Origin: Negativicutes bacterium | Lineage (GTDB): Bacteria > Bacillota > Negativicutes > UBA1444 | DNA length: 64,000 bases | Direction: 5' to 3' | Assembly: GCA_963665275.2 (NCBI GenBank) | Contig: CAXXIN010000014.1 | Span: 1-64,000 of the forward strand | Shown here: one piece after another, positions 62,283 through 64,000 of the stretch | How positions within the stretch are numbered: the stretch's first letter is position 1 | Layout of the letters: each line of letters starts with the position of its first letter | The notes under the pieces: model-generated | Database searches by the model: none | Told to the model about the DNA's origin: nothing | Seen by the model: the letters and a program-made list of their open reading frames with translations, nothing else | Made by a program: the position numbers and the translations under genes

Positions 62283-63893
62283 ATGAATGCGAAAGCATTA
62301 GAATCTTTTGTCCAATTGTTATACATACGAAACATGGTGGATCGGGAGCAGATCTTGTTGGAAGCTGTTCGAGTCGTTCGGACTTTTCAACAGCTGCACA
62401 ACCGACAAGAAACCATTTCCGACACACCGGAAGATAAAGAACTCTTGTTTGCTGAAATGCAAAGTGTTTCGGAGTCTTCCGAATTGGGACACTTTCCCGG
62501 TGATCGGGAATTTTTCTACAACCTCTTTGCGGTTGCATGTGAACTCGACCTGATAGAGTTGCTGGTCAAGTCCGGCCGAAACGACCGCACAGGAATGCTG
62601 GCGCCCGCGTATCTGGTCGAATATTTGGCCGGTGGGATTACAAAAGACACCGCCCGGGTTTTCGTGGCAGAAGCTGAAAAATTTGCCGAAGGTCTGCAAA
62701 AATTAATAGCAGAGAATCCCAAAGTGGAATTTACATTAACGACGGAAAAGAAAATACATTATCTCCTCCTGGTAACGGCTTTTTCACAAAACCATAATGT
62801 CCGGATACTGAATCAATCGATTTATCGTGAACTGTTACATAAAGACAGCTATGATTTATTGCTCACCATTCCATCGTTTGGCAATCGTTATAACTCGGAG
62901 GAATCCAACAATAATTTTATCACTCGAGACTCGGAATGCATCGCCGTGGAAAACCTCCTCCGCCATCTTGGCGAGCGCGGAAAACTGGCCGCAGTGTTGC
63001 CTGCCAAAGTAACCTTCGCCAGCGGTCCGGTTCAGGAGTTTAGACAATGGATCATGGCCGACTATCACCTGGAAGCCATATACTCTCTGCCAGAAGGAAT
63101 CTTCCGGCCCTATGCTGGCATCAAGACGTATTTAATGGTTTTTGACGCAAAAACGACGATAGGGGTTACAGTCGGCAAAATAATCGATGAGGACTATAGA
63201 CTGCTAGTCAAACAAAAGCAATGGATTTCCGACGTAGAATTCAACGGGCACGAAGATTGGCGGACAGAAATATATCTCGCCGATGATAACGAAGCCATCC
63301 AGAAGTTTAAAACCTCCGGTCTCGAAAAAATCAAACTCAAGGATGTGGCAGAAATCTTCCGGGGCAAGTCCGTGCTCAAAGATGATCTGCAGCCAGGAAA
63401 AATAAGAGTCCTGAATATATCCAACATGGACGAAGGCGAACTCATCTTCGACGAAATGGACACCATCCACGAAGAAATTCGCAAGGTGAAACGGTATCAA
63501 CTGGAATCTGGCGATATCGTGCTAACCTGTCGGGGGACATCAAACAAAGTCGCCGTCTTCCCGGAAACAGAGCATGTGGTCATTGCCTCGGCAAACATCA
63601 TCGTGCTGCGTATCAAAGAAAAGATCGCGCCTCAATATCTGAAAATATTCCTGGATAGTCCGATCGGACAAATGATGATCAAGAGTTTTCAACGGGGAAC
63701 CACGATGATGAACATCAACCCCAACGACATCGGCGAAATGGAGATTCCGCTGCTGCCCATGGAAAGACAACAAAGTCTCGTTCGGCAGTTTCTGGCAGAA
63801 CAGGAACGATATCGGCGGGAAAAAGCGGAAATTGAACAGCGATGGGAAAAAGAACGCTCGGAACTATACAATAATTTTGTAAGGGGATGCTAA
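62283..63893 (+). CDS. Type I R-M-associated protein: degenerate N6-MTase domain fused to one HsdS-like TRD
   Basis: L...GKLAAVLP...F......[18 protein letters not shown]; C-terminal [35 protein letters not shown]. Confidence 0.75.
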   Translation: MNAKALESFVQLLYIRNMVDREQILLEAVRVVRTFQQLHNRQETISDTPEDKELLFAEMQSVSESSELGHFPGDREFFYNLFAVACELDLIELLVKSGRNDRTGMLAPAYLVEYLAGGITKDTARVFVAEAEKFAEGLQKLIAENPKVEFTLTTEKKIHYLLLVTAFSQNHNVRILNQSIYRELLHKDSYDLLLTIPSFGNRYNSEESNNNFITRDSECIAVENLLRHLGERGKLAAVLPAKVTFASGPVQEFRQWIMADYHLEAIYSLPEGIFRPYAGIKTYLMVFDAKTTIGVTVGKIIDEDYRLLVKQKQWISDVEFNGHEDWRTEIYLADDNEAIQKFKTSGLEKIKLKDVAEIFRGKSVLKDDLQPGKIRVLNISNMDEGELIFDEMDTIHEEIRKVKRYQLESGDIVLTCRGTSNKVAVFPETEHVVIASANIIVLRIKEKIAPQYLKIFLDSPIGQMMIKSFQRGTTMMNINPNDIGEMEIPLLPMERQQSLVRQFLAEQERYRREKAEIEQRWEKERSELYNNFVRGC

Positions 63894-63894
63894 G

Positions 63895-64000
63895 ATGGCG
63901 GAGAATGCGAATGGTGCAACACTTGGCTTTGAAGAAAAACTGTGGCAGGCTGCGGACAAAATGCGCAACAATATGGATGCGGCCGAATACAAACATGTTG
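63895..64000 (+). CDS. hsdM: Type I R-M methyltransferase subunit (5' part, truncated by the window)
   Basis: [35 protein letters not shown] matches the HsdM N-terminal pattern. Confidence 0.88.
   Translation, partial: MAENANGATLGFEEKLWQAADKMRNNMDAAEYKHV

Larger units (their letters stand above)
51615..64000. mobile_element. Integrated element at tRNA-Lys (right boundary not seen)
   Basis: Integrase adjacent to the tRNA 3' end, divergent repressor/xis pair, rep-like gene, antirepressor, amidase and R-M cargo. Confidence 0.85.

Overview
Replication-origin region of a Firmicutes chromosome; the diderm-style gene content and gene order suggest Negativicutes/Sporomusaceae (inference). Left arm, minus strand: 16S rRNA, gyrA, gyrB, remB, dciA-like, recF, yaaA, dnaN and dnaA, with a bipartite oriC. 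Right arm, plus strand: rpmH to rsmG (broken by a cluster of probable sequencing indels), noc, parA, parB with two parS sites, a degenerate aspartase/fumarase homologue, selA and selB, a split glutamate synthase operon under a ppGpp-type (ykkC) riboswitch, a candidate sRNA, livHMGF with an attenuator-like leader, selenocysteine-containing selD, yedF, ychF, rpsF, ssb, rpsR, yybS, gdpP, rplI, lonC, dnaB, purA and tRNA-Lys(CTT). From about 51.6 kb an integrated element follows the tRNA. It carries a tyrosine integrase, repressor, xis-like and rep-like genes, DnaA boxes, a pair of inverted dif-like sites that can fold into a CTX-phage-style ssDNA hairpin, repeat-flanked cargo, a Bro antirepressor and an amidase-DUF1659-DUF2922-YvrJ module, with no recognisable capsid, terminase or conjugation genes. 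A type I R-M locus then runs off the window end. This element is the best candidate for an undescribed system. All calls were made by eye; no searches were run.
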